NCBI GenBank assembly: GCA_035084275.1
Contig: CM068749.1
Span: 15,500,001-15,564,000 of the forward strand
From: Hydrolagus colliei
Taxonomy: Eukaryota
Direction of reading: 5' to 3'
DNA: 64,000 nt
The position numbers and the translations under genes were made by a program. Position 1 is the stretch's first letter; the number at the start of each line of letters is the position of its first letter. Below are positions 24,800 through 37,854 of the stretch, in pieces. Under the pieces are notes generated by a model. The model was given only the letters and a program-made list of their open reading frames with translations, had not been told where the DNA came from and ran no database searches.

Positions 24800-25466
24800 C
24801 ACAACCTAGAAAAAAAATTAAAATGTCAAGATTGAAGACTTGGAAAGATGTGATTTAGATCCTTTGTTGTAGTTCTTTTATAAGTTGTTCTTGTTATAGT
24901 CCATATAGAAACATACAAAACTTTTTTTAACATCCACTTTTGAGACTTAAAGTTATCCGTGGTTTAATATTACTTAATAAATTGGTGAAAGAAGAATTTA
25001 GCAAAAGCTGGTTTGGCCTAGTTTTGTTCATAATTATCTAATCTAGCACTATCTTTATTGTAGGAACCCACATTTTAAATCACTCCTCAGTCTTCTGTGT
25101 TGTCTTAATTAACCAGCCAAGCTTTGAAAACTGGAAAAGACTTGGAACAGCAGAGAAAAATAACCTTTTTATAATAAAATACATTGTTCTCAATTAAACT
25201 TTAAAATACATTTCTGTGCCCGCTTCAGTCAGTTTGCACCAATATCTTACATGCAAGCATTTGAATTGTGCTGACAAGGGTGTATATGATTGGGCAATAT
25301 TGTGTTTGAGGAAACTGGAGTTGGTGTACTCCACCACATCACCACCCCCAACCACCCCACCCCATCAATTGTAGTGTTGTAGCTTGAGTTACATGACCAA
25401 TTGCTGTTTGAGTTAGAATTAAAGAGAACATTACCAGTACTGAAATAGGACTTTTAGCCAACTAGT

Positions 25467-25648
25467 TCAAGGTCCTAGAAAGAGCAGTTGCTTCCCAGCT
25501 TCGCTCTTTCCTCTCATCCCTCTCCCTTCACAAGCCCCTCCAATTAGGCTTTCATGCTGTGTTCTGGTCAAGGTCACAAATGATATCCTGAACATTTGTG
25601 ACCAGGACTCCCTCTGCCTTCTCGTTCATCTCGACCTATCCACCTTTG
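25467..25648 (+). mobile_element. L2 LINE RT fragment
   Basis: KVLERAVASQLRSFL...PLQLGF, LVKVTNDIL...LLVHLDLS. Confidence 0.85.
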
Positions 25649-28081
25649 CCCAGTAGTGATATCCACCAATATCGATTCCACTGGAAAGTGCGTTGATCCT
25701 CTACACAACTATTTAAAAGTTACATCTTTCCTTTATATATTTCTGACTTCATTTCCCCTTGCCAAAGAGATAACCCACATCCCTTTGCAGGCTGCTTTGC
25801 AGAGAGAGATTTGGGCAACTTCTGGGCAAATTTTCTGTCAACTGTGCCTTTGACACAGTTGACAGAAAATGTTGCACTGGGATTAAAGCTTTTGTGGTGG
25901 TATCAAAAGGACTGTAGGGCTAGCAAATATGTATGAGGTACGACAACCATATCCAAGAACGTACTACAAAATCAGAAAAATACATCCAGACATAGGAAAG
26001 AACAGGTTTATAATGTTATAGTTATAGTCAAGTGTGTTATGGACAACAGTGAATTATGCGTCCATTCAAGTTGGTGTATTATTTTGCGATCCATTGGCAT
26101 CTTTCAGTCAGTCTTGTGTATTTTTAGGTAGTCAGGAGTTTCCAGATATCTCTAGATTTCAGCCCGGCCCACACCTGTCAAGACAGCGGGACGAAACAGG
26201 TGTTAGGAAAGCCCAATGATGCATTATTTTCCACCCATCCTTCCTCGCCAGTTTCTTTCAGTGTCACCTGCTTCTCTGATGGCATGATGGTAGATCAAAT
26301 GAAGAAGTAATCGGGGATATGACAAGCCACAAAACTACATTTTGCAACAATGTGTCATTTAAAGATAAGTGTTATTTGCGACATGTGGATGTGTACTAGG
26401 GACATCAAAGCTTTCTGTTGCATAAAATAATATTCCGTCTCTGTGACATGGCATATGCTTGCATCATTCTGTACCTTTTATGAGCTTTGTTGTGATAATT
26501 CTGTCATTGTAGCTCAATGAATTCTATGAAAATCACTGCAGTGAAAAATAAGTGCTTTAAGCCATACAGTTTTAACCAATTGATAATTTAATGATGAGCT
26601 GCAATCAATAATGTTCTACCTGACTAGAAAATAAACTCGTAAAAGTGACTTTGTAAAGGCAGATGGAAATCAGTTCCATAAAACTTACATGAAATTTTAA
26701 TCATTTTTGTGGGTCATATTTTGTTCTGAACTACAAAGTGAGTGATGATTAATACAGTTAATTAATAAGAGAGAATCTAATTACAGCTGGTTGTATAAAG
26801 GTGCTGTCATGCAAATATTCAAATTCAGCTGGAGAAGCTGAAAAAATGGATCACTGACTATTACCGCTATGTCTTAGATTTAGGTAGCCACATACAACTA
26901 TAATTTAATTTAAGGAGAGGTATTCCAAATAATGAAGGTGAACACGCTTTCATTCTTTTTAACAGAAATTGAGTAATTGATAAAGAATCATGTCTCTATT
27001 TTGGTTCTTGAAGACTGCAACTAAATTTAATAACAATACACAGCTTGATGATTTATTTCGATTAATTTTAAACTATTTGGAGTTGATACAAAATATTTTG
27101 TGTACTGTATGCTAAGATCGTATAGTTGGTATTCTCTTTCACAATACTCACCCGTTCTCTGTGTCTTTCCTTATATGCAAGACAACAGAGTAAGTGACAA
27201 CAGAGTAAGAAGCATGTTAGGGCAGATATTCATCGAAGGGATGAAATCAAATTGGCTGAACAACCTCCTTCATCTGAACCTTTCTTGTGATCTCGTGATT
27301 AGAAAACTTACTTTCAGAGCAGACAGGAAGGCTACAAAATGCTAAATGGCTACTGTTGGTATCAGCATGATATAACGATGCAGAGACAAACAGCTCCCAA
27401 GTCAACAGATAAGTTTAATTGATTGTTCTGACATGCACTGTCTTCACCAAATGGATGCTGTATGACCTGTGTGGAGACACTAAAGAAGGTTTGAATTGTT
27501 AAATTCACAGAAGAAACTCTGCGGGAGTGAGCGAGTGAGTGAGTAAAGGTGATTTCAATGCTCACCTTTGTACTAGTGAAACCCTCCATTAGCTTTGTAT
27601 TATTAAGATTTTCATGCCCAATTTAAGCAACTGGCAGCATAAAATCAATGGGAAAAATCCTTGTACTGTACAAAGCAGCTCATTTGCATTCCAACTGCTC
27701 TGCATGCTGTGAAATCCGGGGAGTCGTCTGATGTTGGAAAAGAAATCAGCAAACCAGAGAAACCAACAAATCATTATGCCTGTATGGCCTATTTACTTCA
27801 TGGCAAAGATCTGGCATTCCCACCACCCATTGTTTTGGTCAGAAGATTCAATCCAATAAACACGTTTTATGTGCCTCTACGTAAAATGGATCATGCACTA
27901 CAGTTCGTCACTTTTGCAAGCTAATTGTGCTCTACTGCAGAACAAACTGGAGAATAACTGAGAGGCTATGTAACCCTGCCAGTGTGAGTGAACTGTCATT
28001 GTACCACATCCTTAGCATGTATTTGTAAAACTATAATCCCATAAAAATGAGGCAATAGAGATCACTATTTCGTATAAATCA

Positions 28082-28372
28082 AGTCCTGTAGCTCAGTGGT
28101 TAGAGCACTCGCCTTACAAGCAAGAGACTTGGGTTGAACTCCAGGCAGGGCAAATTCCTTATTCTACACTTCTAATAATAATCCCTCAAAAAAAACAATA
28201 ATAAACCAGTCATTTCAATCCACAACTGCTTGTGGGACACTGCGGTGCACAATTGGCTGCAGCGTTTCACCCACATATTTACAGTCTTTGCAGGATATTC
28301 TGTGAAGCACTTTGAGATGTCTTGAAGATGTGAAAAGCACTATATTAAATGCAAGATTCTTCTTCTTATTAT
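28082..28372 (+). mobile_element. Full-length SINE, middle type B
   Basis: gtcctgtagctcagtggttagagcactcgccttacaagc head; same middle and tail as 22979 copy. Confidence 0.9.
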
Positions 28373-31179
28373 TAATTTAGAATGCAACATCTCACTTGCT
28401 ATATATATCATGGCCATTGGTTAAATGACATTTAATTGAGTTCCGACAGAATATCAAACAGCAGTTTAGTTATTACAGATAACACGATCCGATAGTGATC
28501 AGACATAGTTACTCTACTTTAAAGGACTTGCATTTGATAAATGTGATGTGATATGTGATCATGGATCACAATCCATCATTGTATTAGGATATTTCAGTAA
28601 TTAAGCAAATAGAAATAGCTTTTTTTAAAAAGAAATTCTTATCACTGTTTTCTCTTGTATGATCCAATGAGGAAAACCTCTCTGTGCCCTTGGACCTCTA
28701 CTCTGAAGTGTCTTGTTGGCAGGAGTATGGCTGAAGGATGTGAGCAAGACTGGGAGCTGCCAAATAGCATTAGAGAAGTTCCTGGCATTCATGCTCTTCC
28801 TAAGATCCTGTACGTCCTCAATTACCTTTTTTCTCACTTGTCTCAACACCTAATTGTGGTGTGTTTCTCTCTTGACATCCTACGCTCTTGTCTTCACTCT
28901 CACATATCCTTACTGAATGCATTAATCCATGTGCCCATGTGTTCAATTTACTTTTTCATTCTTTATCATTTCTACCTAACAGTCAGTGAAATGTTCGTTT
29001 GCTTGCTGGCCCACATTTGAGCTTGAATTCTCTTAAGTCTGTATTGTAATGTCAAGGCACAGTAGCTAATCTGAACATTTATAGTGCTACATGAGTCCCT
29101 TTCTTACATTAAATATACATGCACTTTTCTAAATTAATATGATACACGAGAGCTTACTGATGCTGTGTGCATTAGAAAATGGAATGGAATATACAATTTT
29201 CATTGCAGCACATCAAAAACAAGGTGGCTTTGATTCACAAATTACCACCTTGAACTGCAAGTAATGGTGATAACAGAATTTAGCTGATCATATTTTAATA
29301 CGACCCATAAATGTGACGTTTTTATACTGTTATAATTCATCAAACATTTATTACAGATTTTGAATTGTTGCAGGTTCCTGTTATTATTTTTCCCACGTAA
29401 ACATTTGGAATCGGAATTACCACAGATATATTATCACCCAGGAGACATGGCACCACAAGAGTTAATAAGAAAAATCGGTTTTGCAAATCTTTTCAAAGCT
29501 CTAATTTCTCTAGTATTTATTATTTTTTTCAGGAAAACTGAAACAAAAATTAAAATGCTAAATAAAACATTGAATTGGTTCGAAAGGTGTGCAGAATACA
29601 AATTGAGTTCAATGTTGGAAAAAATAATGAAGAATTACTTTTCATTAGTAGCTACATTATGCATTTTACATGTTCTGTTTGGCTGCCCATTGGGCACTAA
29701 TCCCCAGGCACAATGCTAAGAATGCCGTATGAATTTAGAAGCAGAGCAGCATGCATTTCTACTAATAACCACAATATAATTTCAAGGAGGTTTTATTCCA
29801 GAAAAGGGGACCTTGAGCATCATGGTTCATCAGTTTTCAGCTATTCTAGCATAGAACTATTGGTCATTGTATGACAGCCATCGTGAGGCAGCATTTAATT
29901 CATTATTGCAACAAAGGGCATAAAGAAATGAACAACAGCTAGGGGCAAAATGGGGAAATTGTAGGGGGAAATATTGGGTTAAATCTACAGGGATTTAATC
30001 CCAAATATACTAAGTATCTGTGACACGGTGCTCCCGAATGCCAAATTACATTATTTCATTTTAAGAAGCGTACAGAAAAAACAACTGAACCCAAACATTC
30101 GGTAATTCTTAAGATCAGCTTGATTACAATGTATTAATTTTTCAATCTAAAATAACAATGATAGTTTAATCGCACCATTTTTGCAATCAGAAATGATGAT
30201 GGTAAGTGGTTGCAGACCACAATTTTTCTTTCCATGGGCAGCTCTGCCAGCAATTAAGAAGGTGGCAAGAGACTAAGCCCATCTCAATTGTGCAAATTCA
30301 GTTGGACTTGAAACTGCAATCAGCCCAATCTGCATACATTTTTGGTCTATGTTATTATGAAGCTACTGAACTGGAGCATTCTACAGGGATAAAAAATACA
30401 CTAAACCCATGGTGTCCATAGAAATATGCACTCGCCTTTTTCTGTTGTCCATGGCAACAGTTTATAATACAGGACATTTTGTAATTCAGGTCTACATCTT
30501 TGGCGAAATTTAGTTGAAAGTTTCAAACTAGTTTAGAGTGAGTTACTGAATGCAATTAGGGTACACACTTAACTTTCCGTCTGAAATAGAGTGAGCGAGG
30601 AGACCCACAATGTCATTATAGTGATCTTTACGCTGAATCTTTCAGCATCGGGAGCTTTGCTTTATTTGGCCTTCGGCTTCTGATCTGGCTTGAGAAAACA
30701 CAAACATTAGGTATTCATGAATTCCAACGTCAAGGTTATACTGCAGGAAGGCCACCATGAATTGTACCAGCAGCAGCAGCAAAATAATGAGCACTAGGAG
30801 GGTAAAATGAAAATCTTACCAGTTTATTGCAACCTCCTATACTCAGACTAAAGATAACAGACGCCCCACACCACAAATGCTATATTGATGGAAAAGGTGT
30901 TGAGGTGTAGAGAAAAATTATATGGTATATCTGGTGAAGTATGTGAAGTATCGTTTTTCCTCTCTAGTATATGTTGTGCAATTGTGTTAAGAAGCCTCCA
31001 AATTTGAAATGGTTTGAATTATTGATTTTAGGAATCTGTGGACCTGGATAGTTTAAGGCATTTCAGATGTTCTATTTTTATACATAAATTCTCTTTGAAA
31101 ACCTCCTGACTCTTGAATCGTTATGGTTCAAAAGATACTGGTTACTTCACCAAGTGACTATTATTCTTTTGTGAATCCA

Positions 31180-31290
31180 GCGAGAGACCATTGGTGTGTT
31201 GTTTAACAATGTCAATAATCGAGTCGGAACCTGTTTTCAGCTGATACTCACACAACCGCACTGCATAATATGAGTCTGATACAGTGCTAA
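31180..31290 (-). mobile_element. Highly decayed AmnSINE2-like fragment
   Basis: cgagtcggaacctgttttcagctgatactcacacaaccgcact resembles the equivalent segment in the 1560 and 62099 copies. Confidence 0.3.
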
Positions 31291-32116
31291 TTTGTTTAAA
31301 CTAGTAGATCTCCATTTTGCTGAAGTCAGTCAGATATCATATGAATATCAAACTCTACACCCATCTAAAGATCCTATGCTAACCTATTATCCCACTTGGA
31401 TGAAATGTTACAATGCATATAGTATTATTGCAAAGCACATGATTTGACCAACGAGAACCTTGGAGACTGCCAACAGCAAGGTTTTTCAGTTATCTGTCAT
31501 ACTTTTGGAAGTTTGGGAAGGGGTTAATGCACTGAAGCAAAAACCCTGAAGATACCTCAGAGGAAGGGAAGACAGGTGTTTTGTTGTTCGATTGAGCAAT
31601 TACATAATTCCAATGTCATATGCTTAAGGAAAAGCAGTTTGGACCAAATCTGTCAGTTTTTTTGCAAAACGTTTATTCCCTCATACCAGCAATATGACTT
31701 TATATTTAATATTTGCATTTTGTCTCTCTCAGGTGTTGACAAAATTAAGTTTAGAGGGAAAGATTGCTTTCCCTTTGTGTAAAGGCAGATAGTTATGCTA
31801 ATTAGACAGGAAACGTGTTTCTTAGAAGGCGCGAGAAATCAGGTTCCAAAGGACCAATGTGTCAAAAGCATCCTTGGGATGTACAAGCAACTCGTGTGAT
31901 TTATCAGTTTAACTGAGTAGCTGGTGAGCTCTGGGATTCATCATCAAACTAGATATTGTGGCCAAATTCATTCTAGTCACATTGTCTTCTGCCAGAGTGA
32001 TGGAAAGATGTGGAAAAAAATGCACAAGAAAAACAGGAGGAAATTATATGGAACAGAGAGTCAAATGTAGCATACCATTCGACTCATCAGATCTATCAGC
32101 ATTTTCCCATAATAGA

Positions 32117-32636
32117 AGTCCTGCAGTTTTGTGGTTAGAGCACTCGACTTACAAGCGAGAGGACTTGGGTTTGATTCCAGAGCAGGCTGAAACGTTGGGC
32201 AAGTTTCCTTACTCCATATGCCTCTGTTTACCTCGCAGTAACAACAACAACAAAATTACACTTGTATAGCGCCTTTCACGTCAGGAGGCCATCCCAAGGT
32301 GCAGGACAATCATTGTTTCAGACCTGAGCTGGGGTCGGGGACAGGGATTGTGGAGGGAAAGGGGGAGATTTGGTAATGTAGGAACCTAGTTGCTAGTTGT
32401 TCATCTGATTGCTTTCCTGGGGCTAATAATCTCTATGAAAGATAAAAGATTGAAAGAAAATGAATAGTCACTGAATCCACGTGTTTGTGGGACACTGCTG
32501 TGCGCAACTGGCTGCCACATTTTACCCACAAAATATAAATTCACTTTACAGTATATTCTCTAAAGTGCTTTGAGATGTTACGAATATGTAATAAGGTGCT
32601 CTATCAAATGCAAGGATTATTATTAATATTATTATA
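32117..32636 (+). mobile_element. Full-length SINE (type A) interrupted by an antisense L2 3' end
   Basis: Head 32117-32241, resumes ~32377, core and tail to 32636. Confidence 0.9.
32242..32372 (-). mobile_element. L2 3' end nested in SINE
   Basis: (caa)n-aaattacacttgtatagcgcctttcacgtcaggaggccatcccaagg; flanked by GTAA at 32238-32241 and 32373-32376. Confidence 0.85.
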
Positions 32637-33549
32637 ATAGGCATTACGCAAAGGATCAGCAATTCATCTAACTCGGGAATACACTGAATATACACCTACC
32701 TCATGTTCTCCTTCATCTGCTGGCTGAGCATTGACCAAAGTTCCATGAGGAAACATATGCAGAACAAGGCAATTGTTTTGCGTTTATTTATTTTTTACTG
32801 TATATTGGGAATAAACTTTAAATGTATGAAGAAGAGAGCTCAATGATTCATCAGGGTGTTTCGAGTACTATAAAATGCTATCTACATGAAGGGAAATCCT
32901 GTGCTTCACATTGCCCTTTTGGGTCCTGCTGACAACTCATGGGTGAGCATGAAGGTTCTGCTGTTGGTGAAACGTGGCAATCTTCAACTTTCAGACAATC
33001 CAGACTTCAATATCATTGGATTAATTGCACTACACCCATTACATTAGGCCTCACAATTTAAAGCTGGATGGAGTTCCAATCTCCATGCAGCACATGTGAA
33101 CAAGTAGGGACTATATTTTTCTCACTAAACTTTCAAGAAACGAACTCAAGAATTAATTTGTAAGAACTGTACAAATAACCTTTAAAGACAAAAGAGTCAA
33201 AACTACAGTTAGAAATTAATCGCTCCCAATACTCCTGCAGCTGTCTGTCATCACTATTCAGCAGCAGCAAACAGGTCACAGGAACAGACATTTTAAATTC
33301 ATAATCTGTACTTGTACCAATTCTCAAAGGATTCAGTCAACTTTTTATATGTACTCCAGGTGGGACCATGCCCCAAATTTCCATGCAAATTTCAAAAGTA
33401 CTGTTACATGCACACACAAGCTTGGAGCATTCAACGAAGGAACTGACACACATGGAATGCTAATGAGTTTTTGTATCTGGTGTTGAGACTTGGGCGCTCC
33501 ATATTCTTGAACAAAGTAATTTTCAAGCGGATGTTTTCGCCGTGCAGGA

Positions 33550-33655
33550 TGTATGACTCATCACGCCTGCTAGGAAGTCAGAAAAAGATAAGGTCAAGCA
33601 CGTCTTAGGAAGAAAGGTAACCGGTTGGATTTGCAGCTATTGAGTCATCAGCACT
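33550..33655. promoter_or_regulatory. Candidate distal enhancer (AP-1, ETS, GATA, GRHL motif cluster)
   Basis: TGACTCA 33554, AGGAAGT 33572, AGATAAG 33586, AGGAAG 33607, AACCGGTT 33619, TGAGTCA 33641 in about 100 bp of non-repetitive DNA. Confidence 0.35.
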
Positions 33656-34342
33656 TTTTCTTCAACAAAGCAAACCTGCTTTTTTCATAGAATGTAGCCA
33701 CAGACTCTAGAAATATTTCACATAGAATGTAAATATTATGGTTGTTTAAAAATATTTTGTGGAAGTATCAGAATGGCACAGGAGCTTTCAGATCAGACTA
33801 TTTGATTAATACACAATTAATTCCAGATTATTATGCTGTGGATTCTGTGATTCTACTTACGTGGGCCTTTTTTTTCACATATAAATGCTGGAAACTGGAG
33901 CTTGTAAGTTTATTGGTAAATAAATAGGGGATTAAATCAAATTTACAGATATGACATTAATAGATATGATCATAGTTCACTAAATGGCTCCAGAAACTTG
34001 AGATGAAATTCAATATCATTCTCATATACCTTAATCCATTTGTGTCATGTGAGAACATATCTGAGCAAAAAAAGGACAAATGCCCTTTGTTTCAAAATGC
34101 ACCAAGTTTAATCATGATATCCAAACTCTTTTCTACCATGACAATTGAACAGTACAAATGACGTTCTCTGGCAGATTTGCTCCGGATACCAATAAATATT
34201 AAAATTTGATATTGTGGCAAATTCCATAGTTTGTACTGTTTTGGACAGTGCCTCTATCCATTTGTCTGCTGGGAGAGCTAATGTTCAACTTTTAATATAG
34301 TCTGGGTATCACAACATGCAAATGATCCAAAAATAAACTTTT

Positions 34343-34559
34343 AACAACAACAACAAAATTACATTTGTTCTGTATAGTGTCATGTCAGGACGACGTCCCA
34401 AGGCACTGTGTCAAACCCGAGCTGCGGACGGGGTGGGGAGGGAAGGGGGGATTAGCAGTTGCCGATGGAACCATCGAAGAGGAGAGTTTTGAGGTGGGAC
34501 TTGAAGGAGGCCAGGGAGGGGGCGAGGCGGAGAGACTGCAGGATGGAGTTCCATGGAAC
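34343..34559 (-). mobile_element. L2 3' fragment
   Basis: (aac)n tail, gacgtcccaaggcact, and reverse-strand WNSIL...ASFKSHLKTLLF. Confidence 0.85.
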
Positions 34560-35603
34560 GAGATTCCTTTGTTTCTGAAAAATAACATTAGCTACCATTG
34601 CAAAGAAACTCATTCTCAAGCAGTATTCTGTGTGAGGAATTTTGAAAAGATTTCAGTTTCCTCTCACTGAGGAAGCTTCAAGCACATCTTTCCAAATCTC
34701 AGATTCAAACTGGCAGCTCCTCCCTGTGTGGGAAAACACAAGCCTAACCATATCCGACCATACTTTGGAGCAAGTGAGATGATGCTGTAAACATTCTATT
34801 CCATACTCTACAAATCATTCCATTCGAATGGTGGATTGATCCCAGGAAATGGATTAGAAAAGACCATGGTAGTGTATGGTACATTTCAGGATCTTAAACA
34901 AGTGAAAAGCAGTAATTCAACCGATCTCTGGTTAGTTAGGAGCGCTTCAAAGCAAAGGTTGTCGAAATATTAAAACAATACTAAAAGCATTTGGACAGAA
35001 CTCACTTTGTTCCAAAGCGAGCAATAGGGAAAATTCCAACAGCATAAGAAAAAGGGTGGAGGTCATTTCCTTCCTTTTACTGGGAGCATAACAATTGAGA
35101 ACAAACTCTAGTATATTTTGCAATATTATTAAAGGTGTATAGCTACTATAGTGTTGTAGATGCAATTAGTAAAGACTTTGTAATATTCATTTTTGGTGTA
35201 ACATGCTATATTAGTTGCAAGTTGTGATTACACACTTCATCAGATCATGGTAGGTGACAGAGGGTTCTGAGCATTTCAGATCATACTAGTGTATATATGA
35301 GAAATATTTCACAAATAATTTGTTCTTAAAACGCATTGGAAATTAAGGGATATGTTCAGTTGTGATATTTAACAATAAAGGCAGCAGTTTGTGTATCTTT
35401 GTGATGCAAGTGTTACTTTTCTGCCAAGACAGAATGTCAAAATCATTGATAGTGGACACATCTGAGGAACAGTCTGCTCCATCCGACCGAGTAACCTCAG
35501 GTAACATGGAACGTCCTGTAAATAGTGAGATGGGTGTGATCATCACAAATCCTGATACGAGATACATGGGGACATGGCACCAGCAACTGAGAGAAGTGAA
35601 AAG

Positions 35604-35628
35604 ACACACACACACACACACACACACA
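35604..35628. repeat. (AC)12 microsatellite
   Basis: Direct read. Confidence 0.95.
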
Positions 35629-36109
35629 GATATCCTTTTGTTATTTAAATGCTGTCTTATGAACGCCATTGGTGTAAGCTATAGTCACTGGAGATTTCTA
35701 CAGGAAGGTCAGTTGGTTAATAAAATTGGCCTCCAGATTCATTTTTCAGAGTCCCTCCAAAAGGAATTCCCACTCCACCCTATCTGAAGCCTTTTCTGTG
35801 CCAAGGGACACCACAAAGGCATCCTGTCTGGAGTTTGAGATAACGTATATTATATTCACCACCCCTTCGAATTATTGATGGACTGTATCGCTTGAATAAA
35901 CCCTGTTTGATCAGCTTTAATTTAATGTTGGCAACATCTTTTCATCCTCTTGCTAAATATTTGGCATGTATTTTAAAAATACATTTTAAATCAGGAGCCA
36001 GGCACAAAACAATCTCTTGTTGATAATACAGTACAGTATTCTGGAAATAAATTTATATGTTCATTCTTTCTATAAGAATCCTCTTGATAAAATTGTTGAT
36101 TCACTTCAT

Positions 36110-36250
36110 GGCTCTATGTGCAGATTGGCTGCCATGTTCACTTATAAATATGCAGTCTCTACAGTTTAAGGTAAAATCCTGCAAAGTTCTTTGAAAAGTT
36201 TTGAAGACGTGATAAGGCACTATATCAAATGCAAAGATTTGTTTGTTTTT
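36110..36250 (+). mobile_element. SINE 3' part
   Basis: attggctgccatgttc...gtgataaggcactatatcaaatgcaaagatt. Confidence 0.7.
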
Positions 36251-37640
36251 CTTCTCTTTATAGTTTAGATGGTAGAAAATATACTGTTGTTCTCAAAGGC
36301 AAATGGAGAGATTGGGACACTTTGGGGACAGAGGAATGTATACTCATCTTGCTTTCAAGACCCCAGACAAGAGAAAAAATATATCCTTGGAAAAGATGTA
36401 TTTTAAAAATCTCCAATGAAAATAAAAAAAACTAGTCTCAGTGAACATTACAATGGAACGGTGGGAGATTTCTGCAAACTACAATGAGGGAAGACATTAA
36501 AGAAGTGCAGTGCTTCGGAGCATCAATAAGCTCTGTCACTGAATGATGAGATGGTGGTTTATTTTTGCTAGTATGCAAATTTCTTAATCACAGTCAATGT
36601 TGTCAGGATGCAAGGATGTGAGACACATGTCAGAGTGCAGGAAAACCCTGCCTGGATACCTCCACCAAGCTGCTGTGCAAAGGTAAAATTAATCGAGCAA
36701 GAGAGAGACTCTATGCCTTATATAGGGAAGGGTGAAGAATACTGAATAACATTATTAAATATATATTGCTGTGCAAGAAAAAAGCAGAATCCGAACTGAG
36801 TGCATTTTGAAGCACTGCCTTCTTTAATCGAGATAGCAGAATATAACTGTGAATACCAAAGTGCATTTTATAAAACTCTTTGTAGGTTGTGCATCTCATT
36901 ACCTTTCATCATCCAGAAACATGGAAATGAAGCAGGAGTCTATCTCACTACCCACTTATTGGAAATTGTCCAAAAGTATGAATGAACCAAATTTTGGGTA
37001 AGAAAGTTTTGGTTGATAAACAAGATATCTATTGATCCCCTGATGAACCTTTCTGTTCAGTCGACAAGAATCGATTCTTTGCCTCCGTTTCAGCACAAAG
37101 GCATGGATTTCTGTGACTGCATTCCCGATTCAATTGACACCAATATTATGACTGGCCATTTTGAAAGAAAGCAGCTGTCCTCTGGTTCAGATGTGGTGGA
37201 CAGTTGAAGGCACATAATAGCACCAATAGGGAACTGAAATGTGCCCGAATTACAGAAGATAAGCACTGCCATCTCCTTCGGTGCTACTGGCAACTACATT
37301 TATTACAGATTATGCTGATGGGAACATGGTGAAATCCTGACAGAGCGTGGACTGTTTATTGTGCCAGGAACCAGACTTTCCTTTGATTTATTTGTCAGTC
37401 TGATAAAGCACAATACAGTGAGGAACAGACTCCTAGGAAAATATGATCTTTCTTCAGTTCTGTTCCCTGTCTTGTCAGATGATCAGCAATTTCAGAAAAA
37501 ACAAGTGTGTAAAAAAAATTTGCAAAGATTTCTATATAATTGTGTGCCCATTTGTTTTCTGTTCAACAGACACTTCAATGTTGCACAGGATTATGGACGA
37601 GAGCATATCACTCTGACAAGGTTATTCACGCTTTGCAAAA

Positions 37641-37854
37641 ATGCAAAATACTGTAGATGCTGGAAGTCTGAGACAAAAACAGAAATCGCTGGGAACACTC
37701 AGCAGGTCAGGCAGCATCTATGGAGAAAGGAAAAGTGAGTCAATGTTTCTGATCCACAACCCTTCGTCAGGGTTGTGGACCCGATACGTTGAATCACTTT
37801 TCGTTTCTCCATTGATGCTGCTTGACCTGCTGCTGAGTGTTCCCAGCGATTTCT
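37641..37854. mobile_element. Penelope-derived foldback element with degenerate hammerhead ribozyme core
   Basis: Inverted arms 37681-37763 / 37769-37854; minus strand from 37770 reads CTGACGA-A-GGGT-TGTGG-ATCA-GAAA-CATT. Confidence 0.75.

Noticed and set aside
28082-28150. tRNA-Val(TAC)-like gene (also at 8511, 22979, 32117, 2530, 59620)
   Set aside because: SINE heads: degenerate acceptor and T stems, variable anticodon between copies, always followed by the SINE body.
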